Shown here in pieces: positions 12,175 through 23,827 of a stretch of DNA of 64,000 nucleotides (the stretch's first letter is position 1; each line of letters starts with the position of its first letter). The notes beneath the pieces were generated by a model. It made no database searches. It had not been told where the DNA came from and was given only the letters and a program-made list of their open reading frames with translations. The stretch is from Octopus sinensis (taxonomy: Eukaryota), in the NCBI RefSeq assembly GCF_006345805.1, contig NC_043010.1:14012001-14076000 (forward strand), read 5' to 3'. Made by a program: the position numbers and the translations under genes.

Positions 12175-12387
12175 TAAATAAGTACTGGGGTCGAATGAAT
12201 TGGCCCTAGTGCTTATTTATTCAGGGTGGTGGCCCAGCATGACTGCAGTCTAATGACTGAAACAAGTAAAAAGAGGTTGACAGGTTTGCAGTGTTTGATA
12301 TCGCCAGTCATTTGCATCGTCTGTTGTCTCATTTGTGAGTTTCCAAGCATGCTGGAAATATAAGTTCATTCCCTCTTTTTTCCTAAG

Positions 12388-12414
12388 CTGTCAGACGATT
12401 TCGGCCCTAACCAA
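12388..12414 (+). CDS. Candidate 27-nt micro-exon (LSDDFGPNQ or xCQTISALT)
   Basis: Acceptor CCTCTTTTTTCCTAAG, donor CAA|GTAAGA, length divisible by 3, in repeat-free sequence. Confidence 0.25.
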
Positions 12415-12809
12415 GTAAGACTGTAGTGAAAGCAGCCAGCAAAGGAGAGCAGTTTGTGAGAGGAAGCAGCTTTTTTGACTTAAAACTCAAAGTGCGTTAC
12501 AGAGACACAGTTTCTACCTATCAAACTCACTAACAAAACATGGGTCCGCTCGGGCTATAACAGAAGACTCTTGCCCAAAGTGCCATGCAGTGGGACTAAA
12601 CCTAAAACTATGTGGTTGCAAAGCAAATTTCTTAACCAGGCAGTCATGCCTTGACACTTAAAAACAACTAACCTGCCAAACAAGAAACCATCATAATTTT
12701 TATATGAGGGCTTGAACCACATATGGTATCAATAAAATAAACAAATGGAATATTCTTTGGCATACCTCAAAGAAATTGGAACATTTATTGTAAAAGACAT
12801 AATTCCTAG

Positions 12810-13198
12810 TCTTTTACTCTTTTACTTGTTTCAGTCATTTGACTGCAGCCATGCTGGAGCACTGCCTTTAGTTGAGGAAATCAACCCCAGGACTTATTCT
12901 TTGTAAGCCCGGTACTTATTCTATCGGTCTCTTTTGCTGAACTACTAAGTTACGGGGATGTAAACACACCAGCATCGGTTGTCAAGCGATGTTAGGGGGA
13001 CAAACACACACATATATATATATATATACATATATACGATGGGTTTCTTTCAGTTTCCGTCTACCAAATCCACTCACAAGGCTTTGGTCAGCCCGAGGCT
13101 ATAGTAGAAGACACTTGCTCAAGGTGCCACACAGTGGGACTGAACCCGGAACCATGTGGTTGGTAAGCAAGCTACTTACCACACAGCCACTCCTACAC
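12810..13198 (-). mobile_element. SINE family A, full length
   Basis: Reverse complement of the 11010-11405 family. Confidence 0.9.
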
Positions 13199-13221
13199 CT
13201 ATCAATAATATGATAAATTCG

Positions 13222-13560
13222 TGTTTAAGGCAGTGAGCTGGCAGAACTGTTATCACGCCGGGTGAAATGCGTAGCTGTATTTTGTCTGCCGTTACGTTCT
13301 GAGTTCAAATTCCGCTGAGGTCGACTTTGCCTGTCATCCTTTCGGGGTCGATGTAATCAACTTAATCTGTTTGTCTGTCCTTGTTTGTCCTCTCTGTGGG
13401 TAGTAAAGAAATAGGTATTTAGTCCGTCTGCACATTCTGGGTTCAAATTCTGCCAAAGTCAACTTTGCCTTCCATCCTTTTGGGGATTGATAAATTATGT
13501 ACTAGTTGAATACTAGGGTCGATATAACCAACTAGCATCCTCCCTTGAAGTTTCTGGCCT
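13222..13560 (+). mobile_element. SINE family B, dimeric form
   Basis: AAGGCAGTGAGCTGGCAGAA...GAGTTCAAATTCC...CTTTGCCTTTCATCCTTTCGGGGTCGA; second partial monomer after AAAGAAATAG|GTATTT. Confidence 0.85.
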
Positions 13561-13754
13561 TGTGTCAAAATTTAAAACTGATATGACAAATCTATGTGGC
13601 TGACTCTAATAGGGGCTGGCAAAAGGTAATGCATCTTATAATAGAAAAAACATCTTGTAGTAAAACCAAATTTACAGAACAACAATTATAGCAAGTTTTG
13701 AGTAAAAATAATCTCTGTCCAAACTACATATACCTTTTTATCTTTTACTCCTAT

Positions 13755-13970
13755 CGAAGGAGAGGGGCTTTCTCCGTCCGGGTTGCGGATCCGTGGAATA
13801 AGCCGCCGGACGAGATAGTGAAGATGCCGACGACCACTCTGTTCAAAGTCTCCCTTGACCACAAGTGGCCTGAACTCTTTACATGAACACCACCCTGTAC
13901 ATAACTCCATGTCCCCCTACATGGCCTTGCTTTTTGCTTTTTGAGCCAAAATATTAACTAACTAACTAAC
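13755..13970 (+). mobile_element. CR1-clade LINE 3' end
   Basis: FSVRVADPWNKPPDEIVKMPTTTLFKVSLDHKW then (TAAC)n tail. Confidence 0.75.
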
Positions 13971-14199
13971 TTGTTTCGGTCATTGGACTGTAGCCAAACT
14001 AGTGCACTGCCTTGAAGGATTTCAGTTGAACAAAACAAACCAATACTTATATATATATATATATATATATATTCAATATATGGTACTTTTTCTATTGGTC
14101 TCTTTTCCGAAACCAATAAGTTACAGGAATGTAAACAAACCAACAGTGGTTGTCATGCAGTAGTGGGTGGGAAATAACACAAACACCACACACACATAT

Positions 14200-14330
14200 G
14201 GGGCTCAGCTTTTGATGTAGGTTGTAGAGATTTGTCCTTGTCCAGCCACTGCCCTTTGCATTGAACATTGTCATAACAGACCCATTTTTCATCACCTGTA
14301 ATGATATTTTGGGGAAATGGGTAATTTCTC
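14200..14330 (-). mobile_element. mariner transposase fragment
   Basis: NIITGDEKWVCYDNVQCKGQW (first catalytic D motif). Confidence 0.75.
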
Positions 14331-14751
14331 TACCTTGAAAGAAGACATGTGATCCTCCCTATTCTTATCCCTAAGAATCTTGGGAACCCAAACACCAAAC
14401 TTGCTGACTTTTCCTACTGTTCCCAAGTGGTGGCAGATGATGAATTAGGATGTGTTGAAATCAGTTGCTGATTCCCAAGTACTTTTACAAGGACTGAATT
14501 CCACTAATTCTCTTAAAGCATCTTATGATGAGCATCCTAGTCTGAGTTGATCTCTCAGTAACAAATCTCCAGAAAAAAACTTTGAAAAGCAATTTTGCAC
14601 TTGCCAGTCAGTAATGACAACCTTGGCCATAAACACTGCTTATATTCTTTAGCCATTTCTCTTATGTTTTTAGCATTCTTAAACTCCCACAACATCACAT
14701 CGAATATGCACTTTCAGTTCATCCATTTTATGGGAGTGAAATGTAATATTA

Positions 14752-15001
14752 AACTATGTTGGACAGGTAATCGTGGTCCGAGTCACTTCTTATTCAGAGC
14801 TACTGCCCTCTGAAATCCGAAGGAAGATTCCTTGTCACCCATATATTTTATTTTTTGTGTCGTTTCTATAGCTTGATGCCGCTCCTAATGCCAACAATTT
14901 TACTGAATTTTATTTGGGGGTATTTTAAGGGACCAGCAGTAGAGAGTTTTGTCAAGTCCTCAGCCTGTGTAGAGGGTTCTCTCAATCCTGAACATTCATT
15001 G
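14752..15001 (+). repeat. 250-bp inverted duplication, left arm
   Basis: Reverse complement of 17521-17771 with only about 4 differences. Confidence 0.9.
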
Positions 15002-15139
15002 CTTAAATATAAATGACAGGTAAGGAGCTTTTAAAAATGGTAGTTTCCATTTCAATTTTAAACATCTGAAGTTCAAAAGGCATCATTAGAATTTACTTCC
15101 AAAAAACGGAAATTATTTATGACTCAAAATCCTCCTCCT

Positions 15140-16350
15140 CATCATCATCATCGTTTAACGTCCACTTTCCATGCTGGCATGGGCTGGACAGTTTGACTGA
15201 GGACTGGCAAGCCAGGAGGCTGCACCAGGCTCCAATCTGATCTAGCAAGGTTTCTGCAGCTGGATGCCCTTCCTAATGCCAACCTCTTCAAGAGTGTAGT
15301 GGGTGCTTTTTATGTGCCACAGGGATGGGGGGCCAGTCAAACAGCATTGGCAACGACCATGCTCAAATGGTGCTTTTTACATGCCACCAGCACAGGACCA
15401 GTCAGGCGGTACCAGCATCGACTACGCTCGTATGGTGCTTTTTTATGTGCCACCAGCACAGGAGCCAGTTCAGTGGCACTGACATCGACCACATTCAAAT
15501 GGTGCTTTTTAAGTGCCACTGGCATGGGTGCCAGGCAAGCAGTACTGGCATTGGTCACGATAATGATTTCACTTGACTCAACAGGTCTTCTCAAGTACAG
15601 CATATTGCCTAATGATTGAAGGGTAGTCTTAAATGGGCCAGTTATGCTTCACTGGCATAGGCCACAGCTACAGTCTCACTTGGCTTGCTGAGTCTTCTCA
15701 AGCACAGCATATCTCTAAGGGTCTCGGTTACTTGTCATTGACTGTGTGAGGCCCAATGTTCAAAGGTCATGCTTCACCACCTCATCCCAGGTCTTCCTGG
15801 GTCTGCTTCTTCCACAGGTTCCCTCCACTGTTAGGGTGTGACACTTTCTCACACAACTGTCCTCATTCATATGTAACACATGACCATACCAGCGCAGCCA
15901 TCTCTCTTGCACACCACATCTGATGCTTCTTAGGTCCAACTTTTCTCTCAAGGTACTTACATTCTGTCATGTATGTACACTGACATTACACATCCAATGG
16001 AGCATATTAGCCTCATTTCTGGCAAGCATATTCATATCCTCAGCAGTCACAGACCATGTTTCACTGCCATGAAGCATGGCTGTTTGCACACATGCATCAT
16101 ACAGTCTACCTTTCACTCTGAGTGAGAGGCCCTTTATTACCAGCAGAGATAGGAACTCTCTGAACTTTGCCCAGGCTATTCTTATTCTAGCAGTTATGCT
16201 CCCAGAGCATCCACCCCTGCTACTGACTTGATCACCTAGGTAACGGAAGCTATCAACTAATTCTGGTTTTTCCTCCTGGCATGCGATGGAAGCTGTTTTC
16301 TGCACATTTTCAGTGTTTATTGCCCCTGGGCATCTGCCACACACAAAAAA
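15140..16350 (-). mobile_element. 5'-truncated RTE LINE (ORF C-terminus and full 3' UTR)
   Basis: FRYLGDQVSSRGGC...LHGSETW; LRWYGHVLHM...GRSRPRKTWDEVVKHDL; UTR with ~60-bp repeats; (GAT)n tail. Confidence 0.92.
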
Positions 16351-16559
16351 CTATCTTTCTGGTTAGCCTGTAGACATTGGTTATGGCTGGTTATAAAGTT
16401 ACTTGCTACAAAATGGCTATAAACAAGTAAAAGAAAAAAATTGTTTTCACGTCTATCTATTATTGCTTGTAGCAATATAGGCAAATATCAGACTCGTCGT
16501 CCAGAAGCACATAAACTCTGAGCTAATGGAGGTAAAAATACAGACTTGCTTAGCAAGGT

Positions 16560-16990
16560 CATGAAAAACACTCTGAAATGAAATCTTTCAATGCAAAAAC
16601 CACTCTGGCTGAGACGGAGTTATCTCCCTTTGACTGGTTCCCGTTGTGTCTGAAATAGCCCAGTCTATATACAATTTTTGTTCACTTGTTGGTAAGCAGG
16701 GAATTCCATCTCTTAAAATGTATTTTCTTTCATGGGGACACTGACTTAACATCTCTCTTTTGGAATTTAAGAAGGTCCCCAAGTCAGCCGAATTTTTTTA
16801 GAACCCTTGCACTTTTGGCAAGTTTGCATTGTCTGCTCCCATTGTATGGGTCAGGCTGTTCCAGGAGCTTCCACTTAATCCTGTGACGTTCCCTCTTCTT
16901 TTAAATGGCACACGTAGTTTGCCAAAGACTAAACATCGTACTTATCTGGGTTCTTAAAAGGGGACCTGTGGTTATTTAGTTTCCACTTAA
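16560..16990 (-). mobile_element. Penelope GIY-YIG endonuclease relic
   Basis: HRSPFKNPDKY..SLANYVCHLK...KWKLLEQPDPYNGSRQCKL...LNSKREMLSQCPHERKYIL across frameshifts. Confidence 0.7.
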
Positions 16991-17520
16991 AGGGGTCCTC
17001 AATTGCTCCAACATATTTTTTGTGCATGTGTCCTTAACTTATTTATACTGCTGTTGTTGTTACTGCAGCTATCACTACCATTGCTGCAGTTACTTCCGGA
17101 CATGTTGTTGTTGCTATTGCTGCTGTAACCGTCAAATGCATTGTTGGTACTGCTGTTATTGTTGTTGTTGCTGCTGCTATCACTGCCGTTACTGGCGGAC
17201 ACCATCTCTGCCTTGTGGACCACAGTCTCAAAGTTGCATTGACTGCTCATGGGACATTCACATAGGTTATCAATACACACACATATATATTGATAATCTA
17301 CTTCACCTGTCTACTTACTTAACTATCCACCTTTGATATTGATTGACCTATCTTACCCAGCTACCTACGTTACCTCCCTATACATCTATCCACCTAACTA
17401 CCCATCTACCTACTGACTTTCATAAAGTTAACCTCAATGGAATTTGAACTCAGAACATAAAAAGGCAGAACAAATACCACAAGGCATTTTCCATTAAAGT
17501 GCTTAGCAAACGAACACAGA

Positions 17521-17771
17521 CAATGAATGTTCAGGATTGAGAGAACCTTCTACACAGGCTGAGGACTTGACAAAACTCTCTACTGCTGGTACCTTAAAAT
17601 ACCCCCAAATAAATTCAGTAAAATTGTTGGCATTAGGAGCGGCATCAAGCTATAGAAACGACACAAAAAATAAAATATATGGGTGACAAGGAATCTTCCT
17701 TCGGATTTCAGAGGGCAGTAGCTCTGAATAAGAAGTGACTCGGACCACGATTACCTGTCCAACATATAGTT
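17521..17771 (-). repeat. 250-bp inverted duplication, right arm
   Basis: Reverse complement of 14752-15001. Confidence 0.9.
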
Positions 17772-18110
17772 GTATGGAAAGCTGATGTAAATTAATGATT
17801 ATCGTTATCATTTTACATCTGATTCTCCGCCACCCCTCTGTCATGGGTTGGATGGACTACGATTTAACTAACTAAAAGCAGCACGTAACTAAAACCTTAG
17901 CCATGTCAACTTCAAGGGTCTCGAAGGATCTACAATGTCTACAGGAATATATACTGAGTTCTATTTTTATCACCTTCGGAGGAATGAAAGGCAAAGTTAA
18001 CCTCTGCAGTTTTGAATTTAGAACATCAATAACCGTAACTAAATACCGCAAAGTATGTTCCTTTATTCAGAGCAAATAAGGTTTTTAATAAAAAATCTGT
18101 TCCTATAGAC

Positions 18111-18253
18111 CAGTTATGAGCAAACCGAGGCCCCCAAGACTTTCTGAATGGCACATCTAAACGAAAAATTACCTTTAATTTTTTTAGTAGTGAGGCTCGC
18201 ATGATAAGACATGTCTCATGCGGGCCGCTTCACAAAAAAGGTTGCCATACCTG
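18111..18253. mobile_element. Old hAT-type MITE
   Basis: CAGTTATGAGCAAACC...GGTTGCCATACCTG; diverged 8-bp TSD CTATAGAC/TTACAGAC. Confidence 0.5.
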
Positions 18254-18430
18254 TTACAGACTATAAACGACGGTGGATAGAAGGAATCGCTATGTCGGAC
18301 AACATATTTTGCGGTATTTAATTACGACTCTTTATGTTCACTCGCAGAGGTTAACTTTGCCTTTCATTCCTCCGAAGATGATAAAAATAATCCACCAATC
18401 AGGTACTGAACCCAATAATACATCCTAGAT

Positions 18431-18631
18431 CAGTGGTTTTCAACCAGGCTTCCGCCAGTACAGTCCAGGGGTTCCGCAAGAAGTTACAAAACTGCTAAAA
18501 TCGGCAGTAATTTTTAAGTCTCCCGTGCAGATATGTGTGCATAAGACTATTAAATTATTGCACAGGGGTTCCTCGAGCCAGTGGAATGTTTCCTTGGGGT
18601 TCCGCTCCAGCAAAAAGTTTGAAAAGCACTG
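18431..18631. mobile_element. hAT (Charlie-like) MITE
   Basis: CAGTGGTTTTCAACC...TTTGAAAAGCACTG; left TSD TCCTAGAT. Confidence 0.8.
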
Positions 18632-19160
18632 TTGTAGATGCTTATGGAATAGTAAGAAATTAGATGAACCTTGGGACGGCGACTAGGTGCCCTTTCCATA
18701 AGAGAGACCCGGTGAGAAGAACGGTGGGGCTAAATTAAAGGCGCATATTGAACACTAATATATTTCCATATGGCATTCTAGATGTTAAAGGAATTACGAC
18801 AGAAAATAGCATGTGATGGGCAGCAAAAAGTTTGAAAAGCACTGTCCTAGATGAACCTTGGACGGCGACTAAGTGCCCTTTCCATAAGAGAGACCCCGGT
18901 GAGAAGAACGGTAGGGCAAAATTAAAGGCGTTATATTGAACACTAACATATTTTCATATGGCATTCTAACAAGGATGTTAAAGGAATTACGACAGAAAAT
19001 AGCATGTGAATGGGTAGATAGTAGTGAACAGAATTATAAAACAGCTGGTAGAATAAACAGATGACAGATGAAACATAGAAGCAACGTTGCTGATAAACGT
19101 TCTAAGCGGCAAATAAGCGAGTGGAAGGCCTCCTGCAACTTCGAGCATCAGTGTTCTCAC

Positions 19161-19410
19161 CATGCCGCATTGGACCATGTGATGTAAGTTACACATACAA
19201 GACACGCTGGCTTTTGTTTTGCTTTTTATGTCCTTCACTTTCTGCTTGCTCCGTTCATTTCGTTTTCAATTATTAACGCACGGTTGGTTAATTAATGACG
19301 CTCTTGTTGTTAATGTCGTCACCTTTTTATATACGCTTTAGAGAGGGGCCGTTTGTTCCGGCTGTGTAGACTCGTCGTCGGAAGAAATCGATATATAAAA
19401 TATATCGGCT
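19161..19410 (-). promoter_or_regulatory. CpG-retaining TE-free island; candidate first exon ending ATG|GTGAGA
   Basis: Several undepleted CpGs at 19250-19410; minus-strand donor at 19160 after ATGGTCCAATGCGGCATG. Confidence 0.3.
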
Positions 19411-19459
19411 CTTTACATGTGTACATATTTCTATATATCCGTTAGAACATGTGTAAATC

Positions 19460-19710
19460 AATCAATCTATCTCTGTCTATCTATCTATGTCTGTCTTTCT
19501 CTCTCTCTGTCTTTCTTTCTTTCTCTCTCTCTCTATCTGTCTTTCTATCTATATCTATCTATCTGTCTTTCTATCTCTCTCTCACTATCTGTCTGTCTTT
19601 CTATCTATCTATCTGTCTTTCTATCTCTCTCTCTCTCTGTCTATCTGTCTGTCTTTCTCTCTCTCTATCTTTCTATCTATCTATCTATCTATCTATGTAT
19701 CTATCTCGTC
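19460..19710. repeat. (CTAT)n/(CT)n/(CTGT)n microsatellite
   Basis: Direct reading. Confidence 0.95.
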
Positions 19711-20859
19711 TTTATATATATATTCATATATAAACTCTATATGTATTAAATACTTTTTTTTTCTCTCTGGTTTCTGTATCTAAACGCATATTCACGCACA
19801 TATGTACGTATATTTACACATTAACCACATAATTTGTTTCCACGAATAATTTGTCGGGGTCAATATACTGGAAAAAGACACATCTCCAGCCTCTGTTCCC
19901 CAAACTATAATCACTTTCGACGTTCTTCTTAATTATTTTGTGACCAACGTAATAGATGGGGGTTGAATGAGAAAAATACACCATGAGACGTTCAAGGTTA
20001 TGTACATCCAGTTTACAATGTTCCCATCATTAAAAATCGACCAGCTCACTATTAACAATCGGGTTGAACATCTATTTTTACTGTTCTTGTCCATATGTAA
20101 ATGTATTTATGTGGAGTGACTGTATTCTCAATGTGCGTGTAACAAAGATAGATAGATAGATACTAGATTCATACAAAACCACAAGCTGTTGTGGGTGTTT
20201 GTATTTGATGATGCACACCAGAATTGCTTGCAAAATATCTATAGAGAACATAACCAGATTTATCCGTAAATATAAGAGAGTTAACGTTAAATAGGTTAAC
20301 TCTAGTGCTAGAAATAGCTCCTCCGGTATAATCGCCGACGATACCTCCACATAGAAATAACACTACCCTCAACGTAAGGTCGCTTGGTGTTAAAATAAGG
20401 GTATTATTAAATTAATATCTAATTTTTCACCCTCATTTTTGAATGTATAGAGAACATAACCATATTTCACATTAAAAAAATAAATAAATATTTTGGCAAT
20501 TATATCCTTTGGGAGACGTGTCTCATGATTGTTCTCCCTGACAAAAGCAAATTTTGTAGCGAGGGTAAGGGAGGGCAAGCACTCGGCCCTCTGACATCGA
20601 TGTAGAGGTCATGTCCCTCCACTCTCTCTCTCTTTCTCTCTCCTCCCTTACACTACATACACATCCGTGTCCAATACTGCCAGAACCGTATTTATGCTGG
20701 CCACGCAGTCTGAAATGCTTCCTCTCAAAATCTTTTTTTGTTTTTTTTTTCACTCGTTACACTCCTATAATATATATTTCAGTAATGATTTGTCCCATTT
20801 AACTGTAAGGCCCCTATTATTTTCTCCCCCCCCCTTTTCAATCATTATTTACGTAATTT

Positions 20860-21235
20860 TGAAGGATTTTCTTATTTTATAATTAAGGCTTTATGGTTAG
20901 GAGTAAGCCTGCATATGTATACGTCTTGCCATCTTCGATTGTTGCACGCAACCTTGTTCTCCTTTAACAATTGCCTAATAGGGGCCTCTATTGGATCCCA
21001 CAACTTAGGCGTCTTACTATCTCTAAATCGAACCCTGGAGACAGCTATTATGGTATTTGTAATGGAAAGGTAGTAGGTAATTATTACTATAGTAGCGATA
21101 CAAATTTGCTGTTTCGTCTTTATTTTATGTGTTATCAATAAATACGCAGGAATTAGTTGATCAGATATTCTTGCTCCATCCGCAGTTATTGTAGCATCCT
21201 TTGTGTATATGGGGGTAGGAAGGGATAATTGCATC
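20860..21235 (-). mobile_element. Penelope GIY-YIG endonuclease relic
   Basis: IYTKDATITADGARIS...KLWDPIEAPIRQ...KVACNNRRWQDVYICR resembles the IYKA.I....YIG...IKW.I...C.LC..EK..I pattern. Confidence 0.5.
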
Positions 21236-21999
21236 TACTTGAATAAAACAAAATAATAATAATAATAATTAATTCTTTTTATTGGCCACAAGGGCTGACA
21301 CACATGATTAGTAAACTTAAAAGGACAAAACAGGACGAAAGGTTACAAAGGGTTTTGTCCGTTTGTAAAAATACTAATAATAATTGTCAGTTTTATAATG
21401 GTCTTGTCTCTCTCTCAGGGTAATCTTATAAAAGCTTCTGGTCTTTGACGATAAAGATTATCGTTTAATTAATTCTAAGGGCTTTGTTAAAATTCTAGAC
21501 GTAGTAAGCACGATTATTTATCAAAAGGAAAAAGTCACCAAATGATTGAATCTAGCTGTCCATATTTTGTTGTTGTTTAGTTCCAAGCCAGCCGGTCTGT
21601 GACGCATATACGCAATATTGTCCGTGTGTTGTTAGATGAATGGCATTCTTTTTTTAAAGGGTAAAAATAACCCCGTTGTACTTCTCCAAAAGATTTGCCC
21701 TTATTACATGTTGAAAGTCACCTCTGATGAATCCATTTTTACGTTAGAATAATCGAGAGAACCTTTATGTGAGCCTTTGATTCGCTAGAAATAGCGGCTA
21801 AATCTCCCTCGAATTACATGTTTTTTTTTTTTAAATTACTATTACTATTTTAAAGAGTGGGATACTCTGGGTAATGTAGTTCCTAGATACATTATATCTG
21901 AAATAGGAGGGATGATTTCGGTTGGAACGTTTTTAATCATAGATCTTAACGTGGTCATATTTAACAGTATAACAACCATCTTTATTTTTAGTGCATTCT

Positions 22000-22190
22000 G
22001 ATTATAGGTACCTTGACGCAGTTCAGTGCTTTTTGTCTCGTGCGACTAATAAGAAATATATATATACAAAAAAATTATATGTAAGTGACGTGAACCAGCT
22101 CAGCTGTAGATCGAAACACAAGTCGCAGAAATCCGTTTCACGCCAGTCGACCGCGCGCGTACCTCCCTCCTCGCCACAATTTATTTTAAT
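22000..22190. promoter_or_regulatory. CpG-rich promoter-like patch
   Basis: TGACGTGA (CRE/E-box-like), GTCGACCGCGCGCGTACC; no recognisable repeat. Confidence 0.3.
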
Positions 22191-22599
22191 TTACTTTCAT
22201 TTTTAGTGTGTGTATACATTTGCGTGTGTCCGTGCGTGTGTATAGCAAAGCAGCTGTGTATTAATGTTTATAAATGTACGTGCTACCTTATAATGAATTA
22301 TTATATGTGTAGGGTATATACGAGTAAATACAGGTAAATACGGGTAAATACAGGCGGATCAGTTAATTATGATTTTATTCAACATATTCCCCTCTCAGAT
22401 TCGCACACTTATTGCAACAGTCCTTCAGTTTTTTGAAGCCCTGCAAAAGAACACAGAAGGTTGGACTTTCAACGAGGCCCCTCCCGGAAAGGTGTGATTG
22501 TGTATACACTTGCGAGTGTCCGTGTGTGTGTGTATGGGAAGACAGCTGTGTATTAATGTTTATGAATGTACGTGCTACATTATAATGAATTATTATACA

Positions 22600-22982
22600 C
22601 TAGCAGTATCGCCCGGCGTTGCTCAGGTTTGTAAGGGAAATAACTATAAAGCATTTTTAGAGAGTTATAGCCAAAAAATAGCAAAAAAATGGGAAAAAAA
22701 TGATGGTAAATTTTTTTGAGAGTTAAAAAAGGTGGAGTTGCGTCCCCTAGACGGTCTGTGGTTTGGGTTTCTGATTCTCGCCCCCATGTCGAATTTATCG
22801 ATTTTTTTCAGAACGGGGGGAACTTTTCAAAATTTTCGCTGCGTTAGTTTTGAATTATGACATTGGGCTATGTGTGTGTCAAGTTTCATCAGAATCGGTT
22901 GAAAGCCGTGGTCAGAGTGAGGGTACGAGAAAACAGACACACAGAAAACGCACAGACAAACTGCTGTTTATATAGAGAGAGA
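22600..22982 (-). mobile_element. Non-autonomous Helitron
   Basis: Minus strand A|TCTCTC...CGCCGGGCG...CTAG|T: 5' TC, GC palindrome about 10 nt before 3' CTAG, A|T target, no TSD. Confidence 0.85.
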
Positions 22983-22995
22983 TGTAGGGTATATA

Positions 22996-23185
22996 CGAGG
23001 GGCTGCTGAAAAGATCCTGGCTTCGGGTGAAATAAAATACAGGAGGATCAGTTACTTATGATTTTAATCAACATATTCCCTTCTCAGATTCGCACACTTA
23101 TTTCAACAGTCCTTCAGTTTGTCTAAGCCCTGCAAAAGAACTCCAAAGGTCGGGCCTTCAACCTTAAAGCCAGACCCACCCCTCG
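22996..23185. mobile_element. mariner-like MITE (TA|CGAGGGG..GCTGAAAAG TIR)
   Basis: Same family as 48322-48551 and degenerate 22320-22480. Confidence 0.65.
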
Positions 23186-23396
23186 CGACGCTGTTTTATA
23201 CACGTGTATGTGAACACATTAACTTATAAATTGTATTCATGTGTGTGTCTGTGTATTATCATCATGATCGTTTTACATTCACATTTTCCAACCTGCCAAC
23301 CTGTTGTATGAGATTTCTTGTATTATACGGCCTATTATATGAATGCCTTTCCTCACACCAACCCTTACTTGTTTTCCAAGTAAGATAACATATTCC

Positions 23397-23827
23397 GGAT
23401 CTTTTCGGTTTGAACGGCAGATTTTAACATAATTTCTAGGTAACTAAAAAATTTTAAACTACGTATACTGGTAGAATGTGTTTATAAAACATCTTTTTCT
23501 CTTGGCTTTATTGAGAAAATTCTATAGTTTGTAAGATATTTGTTGTTTTTTTCTTCAATATCTGCAATTTCAACCAATCAATGATGTCTATTGAGGTGAA
23601 AACATTCTGTGCCGTATGAATATGTCCCTCGTTTAAGAAACAGGTTGGGTTTATTTACATTTGTGAAGAAAAAAAGATACCATTCCTCCCACCCCAAACT
23701 AACCTTAATTCTAACCCTAACCCTAAAATAGATTGAAACGCAATAGATCGATATTAGGGTCATAATTATGGGTGACAATTTCATATGACATCGCTAGAGA
23801 AAGCTGCCGGTCAAACTGAAAAGATCC
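23397..23827 (-). mobile_element. GGATC-TIR MITE flanked by a 71-bp direct repeat
   Basis: Both TIRs present; 23326-23396 repeated at 23828-23898. Confidence 0.9.
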
